Positions 13,401 to 25,889 are shown, counted from the first letter of the stretch. The stretch is 64,000 bases of DNA from Kudoa neothunni (GCA_964304625.1 OZ199838.1:13149843-13213842), one strand, 5' to 3'. Translations and numbers: made by a program. The notes: generated from the sequence alone by a model not told the origin.

Positions 13401-14824
13401 CCTAAGAATAAACATATAACAATGATTGGAGGGATCGAAGAAAATAACAAATGTTTTCTCAAGATTTATCAACATATAAATAAAACTGTTACTGAAAGAT
13501 CATAATAGATAACATTGGAGTCAAACAATTTGAGAAGGCCGCTGTGTTGAACATAATAGCTTAGAAAGTTTGAACATTGTTCATGAGAAGTTATTGACAG
13601 TCAAAAATTTGTATAAACCGATAAAATTTATAAAAATAGAGTTAAATCTATCAAATAAGTATCTAAATGGAAATATCGAAATTGGACTTTTAAAAAATCC
13701 TGAATGATTCTGTTTTTATACTCTTTTTTTGTTTAGAATAATTTACAATGCTGAAGAACTTATCACTTTATTTAAACATGCATTTAATGTATATAAAACG
13801 TATATTTCAATTATTTTTTTCAAACGTTAACATTTTAAACTTGAATTCCATCACATGCACTGTAAAATAGTCCTTTCATCGTCATTCTTTTCCAGCTAGT
13901 TGTTGAGTGAAAAATTATTTTATTTTCCAAAATTAACCTAGTTGTAAATTTAACTTGATGGATATTTTATCATTGTTGACATAAAACTATTTATCCGCAT
14001 AAAACAGAACTCAAGCTTCATTCGATCAACCGAAATTTATCGTAACTATGTCGAACAACATCGAACACATTTTTTTTGATTCACACTTAATTTTTGTATA
14101 TCATATTGCTCAATACAGAGTTTAAATTAATTTAAACACTCTTATAAAGACACACTTTATTTTAGGTCCAACTTGAGTTTTCTAAGCTGTTGCCGATTAT
14201 AAAGAGCACAAATAATGACAAATACCTCATATTTTGTCTTTTTCTATTATAATTCTTAATTGAATTAATATTTTAGGACGGTAGCAAATAATTCTACGGC
14301 ATGTTTCCGAAGATTATTCTCTAATTTGCTATTTGCAAACAATGATTAATATAGGATAAACATTAATACTTTCAAATTAACTATTAAACTTTTCTCACAT
14401 TCATTTCTAATTATTATTCTAATGTTGATTGTTAAGAATGCAAATGAGGAGAATCTTTGAAAAGATATGCCCCATTGGATTGATGATTAATTATCTTGAT
14501 GAGATCGAGTGGGATGTGTGGTATATTGTCGACAGCTTATTACATAAGAAAGCTGTTGAATTGGAATTATGGCTCCGTTTTTGTAAACTGATTCATCGCG
14601 AAGGTGCTATAGGGCGAGGTCACGCGAAATGCTTCTACTGTAGCGTATTAACAATTGTTAGCGAAGAAAAACGTCATACACTTCTCAGCCACCGATTAAA
14701 TACACTCTTTCAAGATTTAATATCAAAGATAAACAACACACACATAATCAGTTTTAATGTGAAGCCACTTTTGAAAAGCCTCGCCCAATGCGTTATTTAT
14801 CTCACACCTCAAAATTGGCTCTGA
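10481..14824 (+). CDS. LINS1: Protein Lines homolog; exons 10481-11333, 11369-11573, 14437-14824
   Basis: The last exon (CPIGLMINYLDEIEWDVWYIVDSLL..LELWLRFCKL..ISFNVKPLLKSL) resembles the Lines C-terminal domain, and exon 2 (ILMDDDA..ML) resembles the Lines QDDxM motif. Phase-2 donor and acceptor are compatible across the long intron. Confidence 0.65.
12520..12675 (+). repeat. Copy of the dispersed hairpin repeat inside the long Lines intron
   Basis: agaaataattaaatatatcagatcctaaaaaattaaat..ggagtt..catttaagattaaattt matches the copies at 34311 and 58697. Confidence 0.7.
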
Positions 14825-15316
14825 ATCGACACAAATCTAACCTTTGATGGAGTATGCGCATCCACACTAAACTAAGTCGCCATTTTGTTCATTGCAGTTG
14901 CTTATACGTAGTGACCACATATGAAACAACCTAATTGAAAATATATATTTTTAGACTATTTTCTGATATTAATAGACATAAAAACTTGATAAAAATAATC
15001 AAGGAGAACCAACACTGCATGGATAGGATTAATTTGTTTCGGTGAATTGACACTTCCTACGTTGTAAATTTTACCTGTTATATTTTGGTTGGCATGGCTA
15101 AAGCAATTGGTAAATGTTTTTTAACAATTTCAAAAATGGAATCTATCACCATAATTCATTTTCAGTTGCGCTTATTTAATCAGGTCGCAAAATTCAAAGT
15201 TATTAATCTCTCATGTGGTCATCGTGCACGATCGACAATACAAGATTAAGATCGGCATTAAACACGAGGAAGTGGACGCACAAAGCAAAGTTTGCCATTG
15301 AAGACGTTATCTAGAA

Positions 15317-17938
15317 ATGGTAATGATATGAGCTGGTTTGCTGCCGAATTATTTGTTTGAAATGCTCTTCTAATGATTGGTATAGGTTAATTTTACGATC
15401 GAACAAATTAGGTCCATTATGGACAAAAAGAATAACATTCGTAATATGACTGTTATCGCTCACGTAGATCACGGAAAGACAACTCTCACCGATTCATTGG
15501 TCACTAAAGCCGGTATTATTAATGAGAAGACAGCCGGTGAACAACGTTTCACCGATACCAGGGCTGATGAACAAGAACGTTGTATCACCATCAAATCGAC
15601 AGCTGTGTCTATGTACTATGAGTTGGCGGAAGATGACTACGAGAATTTGCCTGTGGCTAAAGACGGAAATGGGTTTCTCATTAATTTGATTGACAGTCCC
15701 GGGCACGTCGATTTTTCTTCCGAAGTTACTGCAGCGTTGAGAGTTACTGATGGTGCCCTTGTGGTTGTTGATTGTGTTAGTGGTGTGTGTGTACAAACAA
15801 AAACTGTACTCTCCCAAGCTCTTAACGAGCGTGTCAAACCAATCCTATTCATGAACAAAATTGATCTTGCTGTTCTCACACTTCAATTATCGGCTGACGA
15901 GATGTACAACATGTTCAGAAAGACTGTCGAAAACGTTAACGTCTTCATTAGCGGTATTGTGGAAGAAGAGGGACCAATGGGCCCATGCATGGTTGATCCA
16001 GTGGCTGGAACCGTTGGTTTTGGTTCCGGTCTTATGGGATTCGCTTTCACTCTTGAAGATATTGCAAAAAAACACATTCTTAGAGCCAGCAAACCTGGTC
16101 TATCAAGAGAAGATATTCTCAAACGAGTGAAAACATTGAGCAAACGTCTCTGGGGTGAGTGGTTCTTCGAAAGAAAAACCCAGAAATGGAACAAAACCTA
16201 CCAAGAAGGTTACAACCGTGGTTTCAGTGTGTTTGTGCTTGATTTCATTTTCCGTGTTGACGAACTATCCAAATCACGCAAATTCGATGAATTGGAATCT
16301 TTTGTCGGCGAGATTGTGCCAAAATTCAAAGTGTCACAAGATGTGAGAGATGGAGAAGCTAAAAATTGCTTCAAATCCATTCTTCACAGTGTATTCCCCG
16401 CTGGTGATGCTCTGTTGAAGATGATTGTCAACCATCTACCTTCTCCAGTCATTGCCCAAAAGTATCGTATGGAATTGCTTTACAACGGTCCCACAGACGA
16501 TGAAGCCGCCATCGCTATCAAATGTTGTGATGCTGACAAAGAGTTGATGATGTACGTCTCAAAAATGATACCCACCTCCGATAAAGGACGTTTCTATGCC
16601 TTTGGTCGTGTGTTCTCTGGAACGATTGCTGCTGGCCAAAAGGTTCGCATTCTCGGACCCAATTATGAACCTGGAAAAAAAACCGACCTCAACGAAAAGT
16701 CTCTTCAACGTGTTTGTATTATGATCGGCAGTCAACCATTGTCCATCGCCAATGTACCTAGTGGTAATGTTTGCGCGTTGGTTGGTATCGATCAATTCCT
16801 TCTCAAAAGTGGTACCATCACCACCGACCCCAAAGCTCATGGTATGAAGGTGATGAAATTTAGTGTTTCACCTGTTGTGAGAGTCGCTGTCACCCCAAAG
16901 AACGCTTCAGACCTGCCCAAACTTGTTGAAGGTCTTAAACGTCTCTCCAAGAGTGATCCTATGGTTGTGTGTCAAACCGAGGAATCCGGTGAACATATCA
17001 TTGCTGGAGCTGGTGAGTTGCATTTGGAAATCTGCTTGAAGGATTTGGAAGAGGACCATGCCGGTATTCCTATCATCAAATCAGACCCTGTTGTATCGTA
17101 CAGAGAAACTGTGGCCGAGGTTTCGTCTCAGGTGTGCTTGTCCAAATCACCCAACAAACACAATCGTCTTCATGTTGAAGCCCATCCTATGCCTGAAAAC
17201 CTACCCGAAGACATCGACAATGGAGAGATTTCCAACCGAATGGATATCAAAGAACGTGCTCGTATACTTTTTGACAAATATGGTATTGACCCTGATGAAG
17301 GAAGAAAAATTTGGTGTTTCGGTCCTGAAGCCACCGGCCCTAACTTCATCACCGATTGTACCAAAGCTGTGCAATATCTGAATGAAATCAAAGACAACGT
17401 AGTTGCTGGATTCCAGTGGGCTTCGAAAGAAGGTCCTTTATGTGATGAACAGATGAGAGGTATCAGATTCAGATTGATGGATGTGACCCTTCACGCTGAT
17501 GCTATCCACAGAGGTGGTGGTCAAATTATTCCCACTACCCGTCGTGTGTTATATGCTGCTACTCTCACCGCTCAACCTCGTCTCTCCGAGCCGATCTACA
17601 AAGTTGAAGTAACCTGCCCAGAAGATGCCATCAAAGGTGTTCTTGGTGTGGTTTCCAAACGACGTGGTAACTTTGTCGACCAACAAACAGTCACCTCTTC
17701 ACAGAGTGTTATCATTGTTGATCTACCTGTCAATGAGTCCTTTGGTTTCACTGCCGCTCTTCGTGCTGCCACTGGTGGTAGAGCTTTCCCTCAATGTGTG
17801 TTTGATCGTTGGTCTACTATGACTGATGATCCGTATGTCGAAAATTCTCGATGTGCAAAGATTGTCGAAGAATCTCGCAAACGCAAGGGTCTTAAGCCTG
17901 GTATTCCTCCATTGGATAACTTTTTGGACAAGTTGTAA
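15317..17938 (+). CDS. EEF2: Eukaryotic translation elongation factor 2; ATG-only first coding exon (15317-15319), intron 15320-15385
   Basis: Spliced N-terminus [22 protein letters not shown], plus AHVDHGK, RFTDTR (Thr56 site), [21 protein letters not shown] and the diphthamide loop [16 protein letters not shown]; ends in DNFLDKL. Confidence 0.99.
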
Positions 17939-18821
17939 AAACCTCATAACACATCGGTTATTTTCAACATGTTCTTGCATTACGATTCTCCACCATCTAC
18001 GTCTAACCCTTGCAATAGTTATAGATTGTTAATTATACGTTGCATATCGCATACTTTGATTGTTAGGATTGGTTTGTTTTTTTCGCGCTTATTAAATCTA
18101 TTGCGTCCAACTATTATCTTTTATCAATAATTTGATTGGTCTTAGTCGGGGCGGGCGGTCGTTAATATGCAATTCTTGAGATTGCAAATTTAATGGTAAT
18201 AATTTCGTCGAAAGGTCGGATTGAATAGAATTAAGAAAGTTATTCTTTCCTAAGAAAGAATGAACAAGATCATCGGCCATTTGTCGACAGATACGATTTG
18301 TCAATGCACAAGTTCTTTATACGAGCCCAATTTGAGGATTGTACTGATAATAATTAGTGAGTTTTATGTGAATGATTATAAATTTTATTTCTCAAAAGGT
18401 TTTATCACGATCGGAAAGATTTTGTGTCCAAATGACAATTCGTTAAAATTAATACCTATTACTAGATAATACATACGAAAAGGTTTCAAAAAATTTTGAA
18501 CCATGAATGTTTTCTGTAATTATTTCAATAAATTTACTAAGAGAAAACAATGCAACTACTAACTCTTCTATTCGTATCTGACATGATAATTCAGCAAGAT
18601 TTGCTAAGGGGCGCTTAAGAAAATGTTAGAAGATTATTAAATTATATTATGAATAAAATACAAGCGATACGATGACTTATGGGTCGTGCGTAATCAAAAG
18701 GAAAATCTGAATCATTACACACGACTCAATTTTGCACATACGAAAACAAACAAAAATTTTAAAAAATAGGTTATATTCTGGTCAATCAGCAAATTATTTA
18801 ATTTATTATGTAAAACAGGAT

Positions 18822-18897
18822 CCGAACTGGGGTTCGAACCTGGGTTATTTGCCTTATAAGGCGATGGAGCCATACCGCATTGCTCTGACTCGCGCCT
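18822..18897 (-). pseudogene. Degenerate tRNA-like sequence (tRNA pseudogene or SINE head; possible TAT anticodon)
   Basis: B-box GGTTCGAACC and an anticodon-like hairpin GCC-TTATAA-GGC at tRNA-like spacing. Acceptor and T stems are imperfect. Confidence 0.35.
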
Positions 18898-19386
18898 CTA
18901 TGGTTGGTGGATTACAACTGTAATAATTAGGGAATGTAATTTTCGACAGTTTAAATCGAATTCTATAAATAAGCGTCGAGTTTTTCGAATCTTTTATGCA
19001 TAAAGGAGATTATATGCAGGTCTGCGCAAACTTCTCAATGCCGCGAAAAATACAAATTAACATTACACGGTATATAATAAAATTATATTTTAGTCTCACA
19101 ATTTTAATATAATTATAATACCATAAGGAGTTTCCTCTCGAAAGAGCCACTCTCTCCCCTGAAAGACAATGCCTAATCTTAGCAATAATTTTTACGTGCG
19201 ATTGAAGACAACGGTAATTTTAAGAAAACATAAAAATTGCCGGAAAGTTTATGTCGCTGAAATCTGTTTTTTAAACAATATGAGTAAATGCTTTTCAACT
19301 AAAGTTTCAGCATTAGAAAGTAAGCATGCTGTAGGCCAAGAATTCTAGGAAAAACTTCTAGGTCTTGTGTAATTATCTATTATTTC

Positions 19387-20500
19387 GGCTGAAATTTTAT
19401 ATACGCCCCCCTTCAAGCCCCGTTAGAAAAAAAATTTATTTTGTAATAAACAAGATTATATTTAATAATAACGATATGTAAGTAATAGTCTATAGTTATT
19501 CTAATACGATGTCATACATCACGATTTGAAGTGCACAGATGAAACCATTCCAGAGATCATTACAGTTTTTTCTCCTCCACCGAAATACTGTCAGGAATTC
19601 GTTGATTCCATCCATAGAAACAGAGCCATCATCTTGGACTGAAGATGTTCTATTTCTAGGTGAAATTTTGTACTTTATAGCTGCCCACGTACCTTCAATT
19701 GTGTTTGTATGTGCTCCAGTAGTACTATCAATATATTCAATGCTGTGGTTAACTGTTAAATGCTGATAGAAGTTATGCAATGTAGAATAACTCTTAAAAC
19801 AATCGGTTATTATAATTGAATATGACTTTACGTGAGTTTTTATTATTTCTATTAATGTTTCTGCCGTTCTATCGGGAACTTCAATAAGGAACAATTTTCT
19901 TTCGGATATCCTTTCTATACCATCAAGTACCCATGCTCCATTAACGGCATGACCTCGGTTTTATTTACGCTTTCCAAACTTGGATTCATCGATTTCGACA
20001 ATTATGTTTTCCCCACCAATGATGATATCTTCGAAATCTAGACTGTCACCAACTATTTGTCTAAAATAATGAGAGTAATTTGTGATTGTTTGGGACGAAT
20101 GACCAGTAATTTTTATCAAATCAACTGTCTTCGCGCCAACTAACCAATAATAAGATAATTTGAGGATTGCATTAATTTTTAGTTTGGTGTTTGAAAAATG
20201 TTTTTTCCAAAATTGAAATTTCTTTTCTACACTTCTTCCTGCAGCATCTCCAGTTTTTCCTGTGTTGCGTAAAATTATCATAATTGCAATGGGCATATAT
20301 ATTTGGTGCCTGAAAAACATTATTTTCAATTAAATATTTGAAAGAATCCTCTTCATTCTCAAATATATATTCTAGAGCCCTCATTGGAGGAATCGTGGCG
20401 GATTAAGCAGGCCGCACTATGTGATTAATTTAATGCTCCATATGTCATGTCAATACCTATTTTGAAAAGGGCTTAAGGGGGCGTATATCAAATGTGGTCC
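19387..20500 (-). mobile_element. Merlin (IS1016/IS1595-like) DNA transposon, transposase disrupted
   Basis: Transposase pieces WRCCRKKC..TFF, IGGENIIVEIDESKFGKRK*NRGH, VPDRTAETL, IITDCFKSY, TVNHS..TGAHTNTIEGTW. Imperfect TIRs begin with GG and share the core ATATACGCCCCC..TT..AAGCCC. One frameshift and one stop; no TSD seen. Confidence 0.9.
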
Positions 20501-20569
20501 TTCAATAATGTCTATATATGCCTAAATTTTTAAAATCATGATAACGCTGAGAGATTACAACAATTTTTC

Positions 20570-22784
20570 AGGAAGGCCGAAAAGGACCCAACAAACTCCC
20601 GAGAAGATGCATGCGCGAAATAAAACACAAATACATAATTTATTAATCAACTTTTTTTAAATGTATTTATCCGAATGAAAAGTATTCGAACATTTAAGAT
20701 GAAGTCTCGACGAGCATCCCTCACAATAAAGGTATGTTCTCTTGTGGCACACAACACATCCGAGTTGTCTTTTGTTGTCGTCACTCATAAGTACGACTCC
20801 AGAACACATATTCATTGAAATATTCAGCTGCAATCGAGACCTCTTCCTCATAATTAAATCCCTTTGTGGAGTTATTGTACTGGCAACAATTTCGCGTGCT
20901 TGTTGAATCAATGTTATTGTAGGGTCATTAAAATGGCGTATTATTTTCTATGAATTGGTGATACACATGGAAATAAGATTAGTGAATAATGGCCAGTACC
21001 ATTGTTTATCCTTTATTTTGATTCCATAGTTTGCAATCGCGTTGTCAGCTAGATCGACACCTCCCATATTCGCATTGTAATCACTAACAATCTTTGGCTG
21101 TGTTATGTTAATGTATCTTTTTTCTTTTTTTGAGAATCTTTTAGCTGATCCAATGGAAAAACGCGACATAAAATTACCCATCAGTTTCATTGGTTTTGTG
21201 TCGTTCCATTGAACACAAAAAATACCTTGTTTATCATTATAAACTTCAAAAACGCCCCTTGGCGATTTGGAAAACTGTTTTGGTAGCTGAAGTGGGCATC
21301 GATATGTCGGATTCAGTCTGATTTTACCGGTAGCATTTACTTTGTTTTCTCGCAGAATTTTAAATAATCTCTACGAGGAGAAAAAATTGTCAAAGTAAAC
21401 TTCAACCTCAAAAGTATCACCAATTTCCTCGACAAAATTCATGACCACACTTTCACCTAAGCCATCATAAGTTTTATCTGTTTCTTGTTTTCCACAATAG
21501 ATTTTAAAACCGTAAATATAACCACCCTTGCTAGCTATTATTCAAAGTTTAAAACCAAATCGAACAGGCTGCTCCTTTAGAAACATCTTGGCCGAGTGCA
21601 TTCCATAATACGGTACCATTTGTTCGTCTATGAATAAAATTTTTTCAAAGAAACCGAATGATTTGAAGTTTTGGTTTAGTTTTTCTACTAAAGGCCTAAT
21701 TTTAAATAACTTGTCGGATTTATCGATACAATCATTATTGTTGAAATGGATGTATCTTTTTATTTCTTTAAATCTTTTAAGTCAGTTTTTTTACAATGGT
21801 AACTCTGGAATCTTCATTCGTCCCCAATACATTTTTTGGCTTGGCAAAATATGATAACCAGAGAGAATTAAAATCCCAATGAAGGTTTTCAATTCGGACA
21901 CAGCTAGATTGAAAGAGCGGTTATTCTTCTGTCTAACATATAAATTCGACTGTTTTACAATATGCAATAGAACGCTGTCATCCAAAATTTTTTTGAACGT
22001 TTCAAATGAACATAAAAATCATAAAAGTTAATTTCGAAAGATATCTACTTTTATATGCACCGCCTACCGAGGGTTTCGAGATAGGTTTATTAACTGTTTC
22101 GGAGGAATTGGTTGGTAAAACCTTTTCCCATTTAACATTGATGTATTTAACTGCATTTTTAACTTCGTGCTTTTGTAGTTTAAACAATTGGGCACGCCAA
22201 AAAACATGGGGGATGTCATTATTTTCGAATATATTATCCCGTATAGGATATAAGTTACCTTCCAAGTCAGTAAGGGCGTCAACATTATCGGGAGGAAGCG
22301 CCACTATATCTGGAACTTCTTCAAAAGTATCATCGCTAAGTTCACAGATTGCTTCATTTAGATTAATGTACTCAATAACGTCAGCCATGTTAATCCTACT
22401 TCGCGTCTGCATGTCTCGAGGGTTTATCGTTCCCATTTCGGCCCACTAGTGTAACGTGAATATTAACTGATATTTATGTATTATTTTCTATTACAGGCAT
22501 TTTGACGGTTAACTGACAATATGTTTTAAGAGAACAAACAAAAATTAAAAAAATTTTCGGACGTATAACCAATGTTATGGTTCTATTATATGCAAATGTA
22601 CTGGCCGATGAAAAGAGATGTATATTAAAATGTTTAGAATTCATAAATAACTTTACAAGTAATTTTGAAATAATAGGACCACGTATATATTTATATGGAA
22701 ATTAACTAGTTAATAGTCGCAATATTAAACTCTATAGACAACACCTAAACAGGGGCCCAAAAGGACCCAACAAACCTTGATGGG
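20570..22784 (-). mobile_element. piggyBac transposon, degenerate
   Basis: Fragments ELKTFIGILILSGYHILP, IDEQMVPYYG, PVRFGFK, VYFDNFF, DYNANMGGVDLAD, WYWPLF and a C-terminal Cys-rich CVVC..CEGC..HLKC. The right end is GGG|TTAA (22782-22788). AAAAGGACCCAACAAAC occurs near both ends. Confidence 0.9.
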
Positions 22785-23324
22785 TTAATATAAAAATAGA
22801 AAAACTTTGAAATCAACGTTTAACTTCATTTTACTTCTTTAAAATAAAAATCACCAAATAATAACAACATACTTTGATTTGGAGATATAGTTAATATATT
22901 TTTTGAAGAGCTAAATTGGAAATAATATTTGGATATTATTCCATAACTTCTTTGGCTCTAAGAAATTAATCCTTGATATGTAAACTAATTAGAGAATCAA
23001 CAACTAAAAATTAATAACGAGTGGGGTAAATTGTTTCATTTATATAAAAACAGCATTACACATAGGTATCCTATAAAAATGATTTTACCATATAAAATAG
23101 TCAGTTTCTTAAGATGACATTATAATATTGTAAAATTTTTTAAATAGATTTGGATATAGAATTTCTTCATAGTTTTATTTTTTAAATGTATTGTGCTGAT
23201 TGTATTTAAAAAATGGCGCAACTTTAACACAGATTTGCAAAAAAATTTCTTTAAAAAAGATTAATAATAATAATTTTGTAGAAAAAATTATTTCTCTTCT
23301 TGAATAAAATAACCATGACTATTA

Positions 23325-24421
23325 CAGTATTTCACGACCAAGATGCAAACATGTTCAATCAAGATGCAGAAAACTATAAAATTTAATAAAATTATTGAAT
23401 AATATAACTTTTTATTTATTTTTTTCATACACAAGATGAAATGCAAGATTTCGACTTGTGTTGAATATAATAGAATTAACAATCGATTTCAGACAACAAA
23501 AAGTATTTATTAATTATGGATAATGTGGCCTTCCATAAAACTTACGATGTAAGGGGACATCATACAGAATAGCTGGTTCAGATTCCTACCACGTTTCCCG
23601 GGATATAAGACCCGGTCTTATATTAATTTTACACCATAAGTAGCTACTAGGTTTTATTTTCGAAGTGTATTAAATTTATGACAAAATCAAAAGGATTGTA
23701 CAATTTTAAAAATATCTAAAAAAGTAATGTAGATTGAGTATTTATAACAAAAAGTTATCTTAATACAAAACGTTATCGTTGCCTATGACATTATTTATAA
23801 GCTTAATATGCACCTATATTATAAGAGAAAACTAATGAGATTACTGAGAAAATAAACATAAAAAAACCATTAAAATTTTTAATATTATTGCAAAAATATA
23901 TTGGTGTTCAAATGTTTTCTATCCTTAAACAATAATAATAACTTTCAATTTCAAACTTAAAAAAAGTAATCATTTATTATTGTTACAATTAAAGCATATT
24001 AATCAAGATCCTGTCGAATAATCAATATCAAGATTCTCTGAAATAATGCCAGGTCATATTTAAAATTCCCACTAAAAATATTGCTAGGCCTTATTTTCGA
24101 AGAAACATGGTGCTACTACCATCTTATTCCTCCGTTCATCGATCAAATTGAGGAAGTTTTCAGCCAATTAAATTTCGAAATAAAAATACAGGCAACAAAA
24201 ACTCAAGAAGATTTGCTGGAAATGTATTCATTTGATCCAAAGAGTAGTGTCTGAAGCTAATTGTCAACGCTATATTCAGCACTCAAAATCTTGAATTTCA
24301 TTTTGTGTGTGAAAAAAATAAAGAAAAAGTTATATTATTCAATAATTTTTCAAATTTTATCCATTTTTATAGTTTTCTGCATCTTTATTGAACAAGTTTG
24401 CATCTTGGTCGTGAAATACTG
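23325..24421 (+). mobile_element. IS630-Tc1-mariner element remnant with long (~170 bp) TIRs
   Basis: CAGTATTTCACGACCAAGATGCAAAC at 23325 is inverted at 24421, with similarity continuing inward. Internal remnants IMDNVAFHKT and LPSYS..IEEVFSQL. TA precedes the left end. Confidence 0.8.
23589..24110. mobile_element. pogo/Tigger-type non-autonomous element nested in the Tc1-like element
   Basis: Imperfect TIRs CCACGTTTCCCGGGATATAAGACC and CCATGTTTCTTCGAAAATAAGGCC (reverse complement), flanked by TA and TG. The insertion splits the FL/LPxYS transposase motif. Confidence 0.65.
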
Positions 24422-24425
24422 ATAT

Positions 24426-25889
24426 TCATTCGACAGGTGAGCAGTCTGCGCCCTCATCATTTTCAGCAGTTTTGCCTTCATTATAGACGTCCCCATATAT
24501 TTTTTGACATTGATTACTTGTTTTAAAGTTGTTCGAGTTTCCACCATATCCTTGGTAACAAAATGATTTGCATATTTTATCATCGTAACTATAATAGAAT
24601 CTTTTTTCTTTAAATGTCTTCCCTGCAGTCCATTCTCCCTCTTTAAGTAATGTACACGTATCTTCAATTTTTATTTCTTTCTTGTAACCCTCTGTATTTA
24701 TTTTAGTTAATATAAGTTTCAGTGATAATTTTGTTTTATCTCTCGAAGTTCAAACAAATTCGTACCTGCTCCTCAATAACTATGACACATTTCCATTGTA
24801 GGGAAGTTATTTTGCCGTGGATTGAATTCAGCTGTGTTAATAGGAGTAGGCCAACTCTCCATACGCTTGCATACTTTTGTTGTGGATTCATAATAATATC
24901 TATAAACTATATTTTGTCCGCTTCTACTTGCAGGTTTAGGATGTTGAAAAGGATCGGTTTCGCACGCGGCAACTTTCTTATTTTCACTATTTATAATATC
25001 ATCGTTGACGGCTGTGCTTGAAAGTGCTAAAAAAATAAATATTATGGAATTAAATATTTATTATACGAAAACATTTTTTGACACATTCGCCAAACAAGTT
25101 AAATATTCCTCTAGTATTCGAATCAATTGAAACAGCAGAAAAAGCACACTTATTGTTGTTGGTATCGGCAATGATGGCAGTGCTTGGATCTTTATCTTTA
25201 ACATCCGGTCGTAATGTACAGTCTAAGGTGTTTGGTACCAAATATTTCTCATAATTCAAAACTCCACTTATTTTCGTTTCATCAGAACTTGTGAGTCCTC
25301 CATTTTTTGTATCTAATTTAAAGTATTTAATAATTTTTCCAATTGTGATTTGTGAAATTTACTTAAACAATAAAGATAGCACTCGTGCTCACTTTCATAT
25401 CTATTAAAACTTCCACCACATCCATTATAGTCGTAAGTTTCGCATCTGGCAGTTGTCGGATTAAAGTAGTGTTTTTTATATTGTACCAGAATTTTTAACG
25501 CAATGTCCTGGGTGCATTGGTTTTTTGCATCCCTGAAGTTTTTCTCTCTCGGTCAACTTACCTTTAGAAGATCTTTTTATGATAAATTTTAATGTATGAC
25601 ATACCGTGCATTTCGCAAAGTCCTTTTGACGCAAAATTGTTATAATTTCCTTTGATACCTCGATATTCTAGAGGTTTGCATTTAGCATCATTTATGTCAA
25701 TAAACCAACGGTCGATGACGTTGTTCATGCTTTTTTCAACACCTATAGGCCAATCTCCTTCATCTTTTTCATAGGGTGGTAAGATTTGATCTAATGAATA
25801 GATAGATTGATTATTGAAATGTGGCAGTTACCAGCTAGGCAATAAGACAAGGATATAACACATATTATTTTATATAGTGGGGATCTCAT
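24426..25889 (-). CDS. Secreted five-domain Kunitz/BPTI-type protein, 6 exons; one frameshift and one in-frame TGA (possible pseudogene or selenoprotein)
   Basis: Signal MRSPLYKIICVISLSYCLA. Domains include CKKPMHPGHC..HYFNPTTARCETYDYNGCGGSFNRYESEHECYLYC and RFYYSYDDKICKSFCYQGYGGNSNNFKTSNQC. Each domain lies in its own phase-1 exon. Frameshift in an A5 run at 25492-25496; TGA at 24773-24775. Confidence 0.85.

Noticed and set aside
15494-18032. Many short overlapping or antisense ORFs in eEF2
   Set aside because: Shadow ORFs caused by the higher GC content and codon bias of eEF2.
25555-25566. AG|GTAAGT recursive-splice-like motif in the Kunitz gene
   Set aside because: It is explained as an ordinary acceptor followed by Gly-Lys-Leu codons, and the intron is too short to need recursive splicing.
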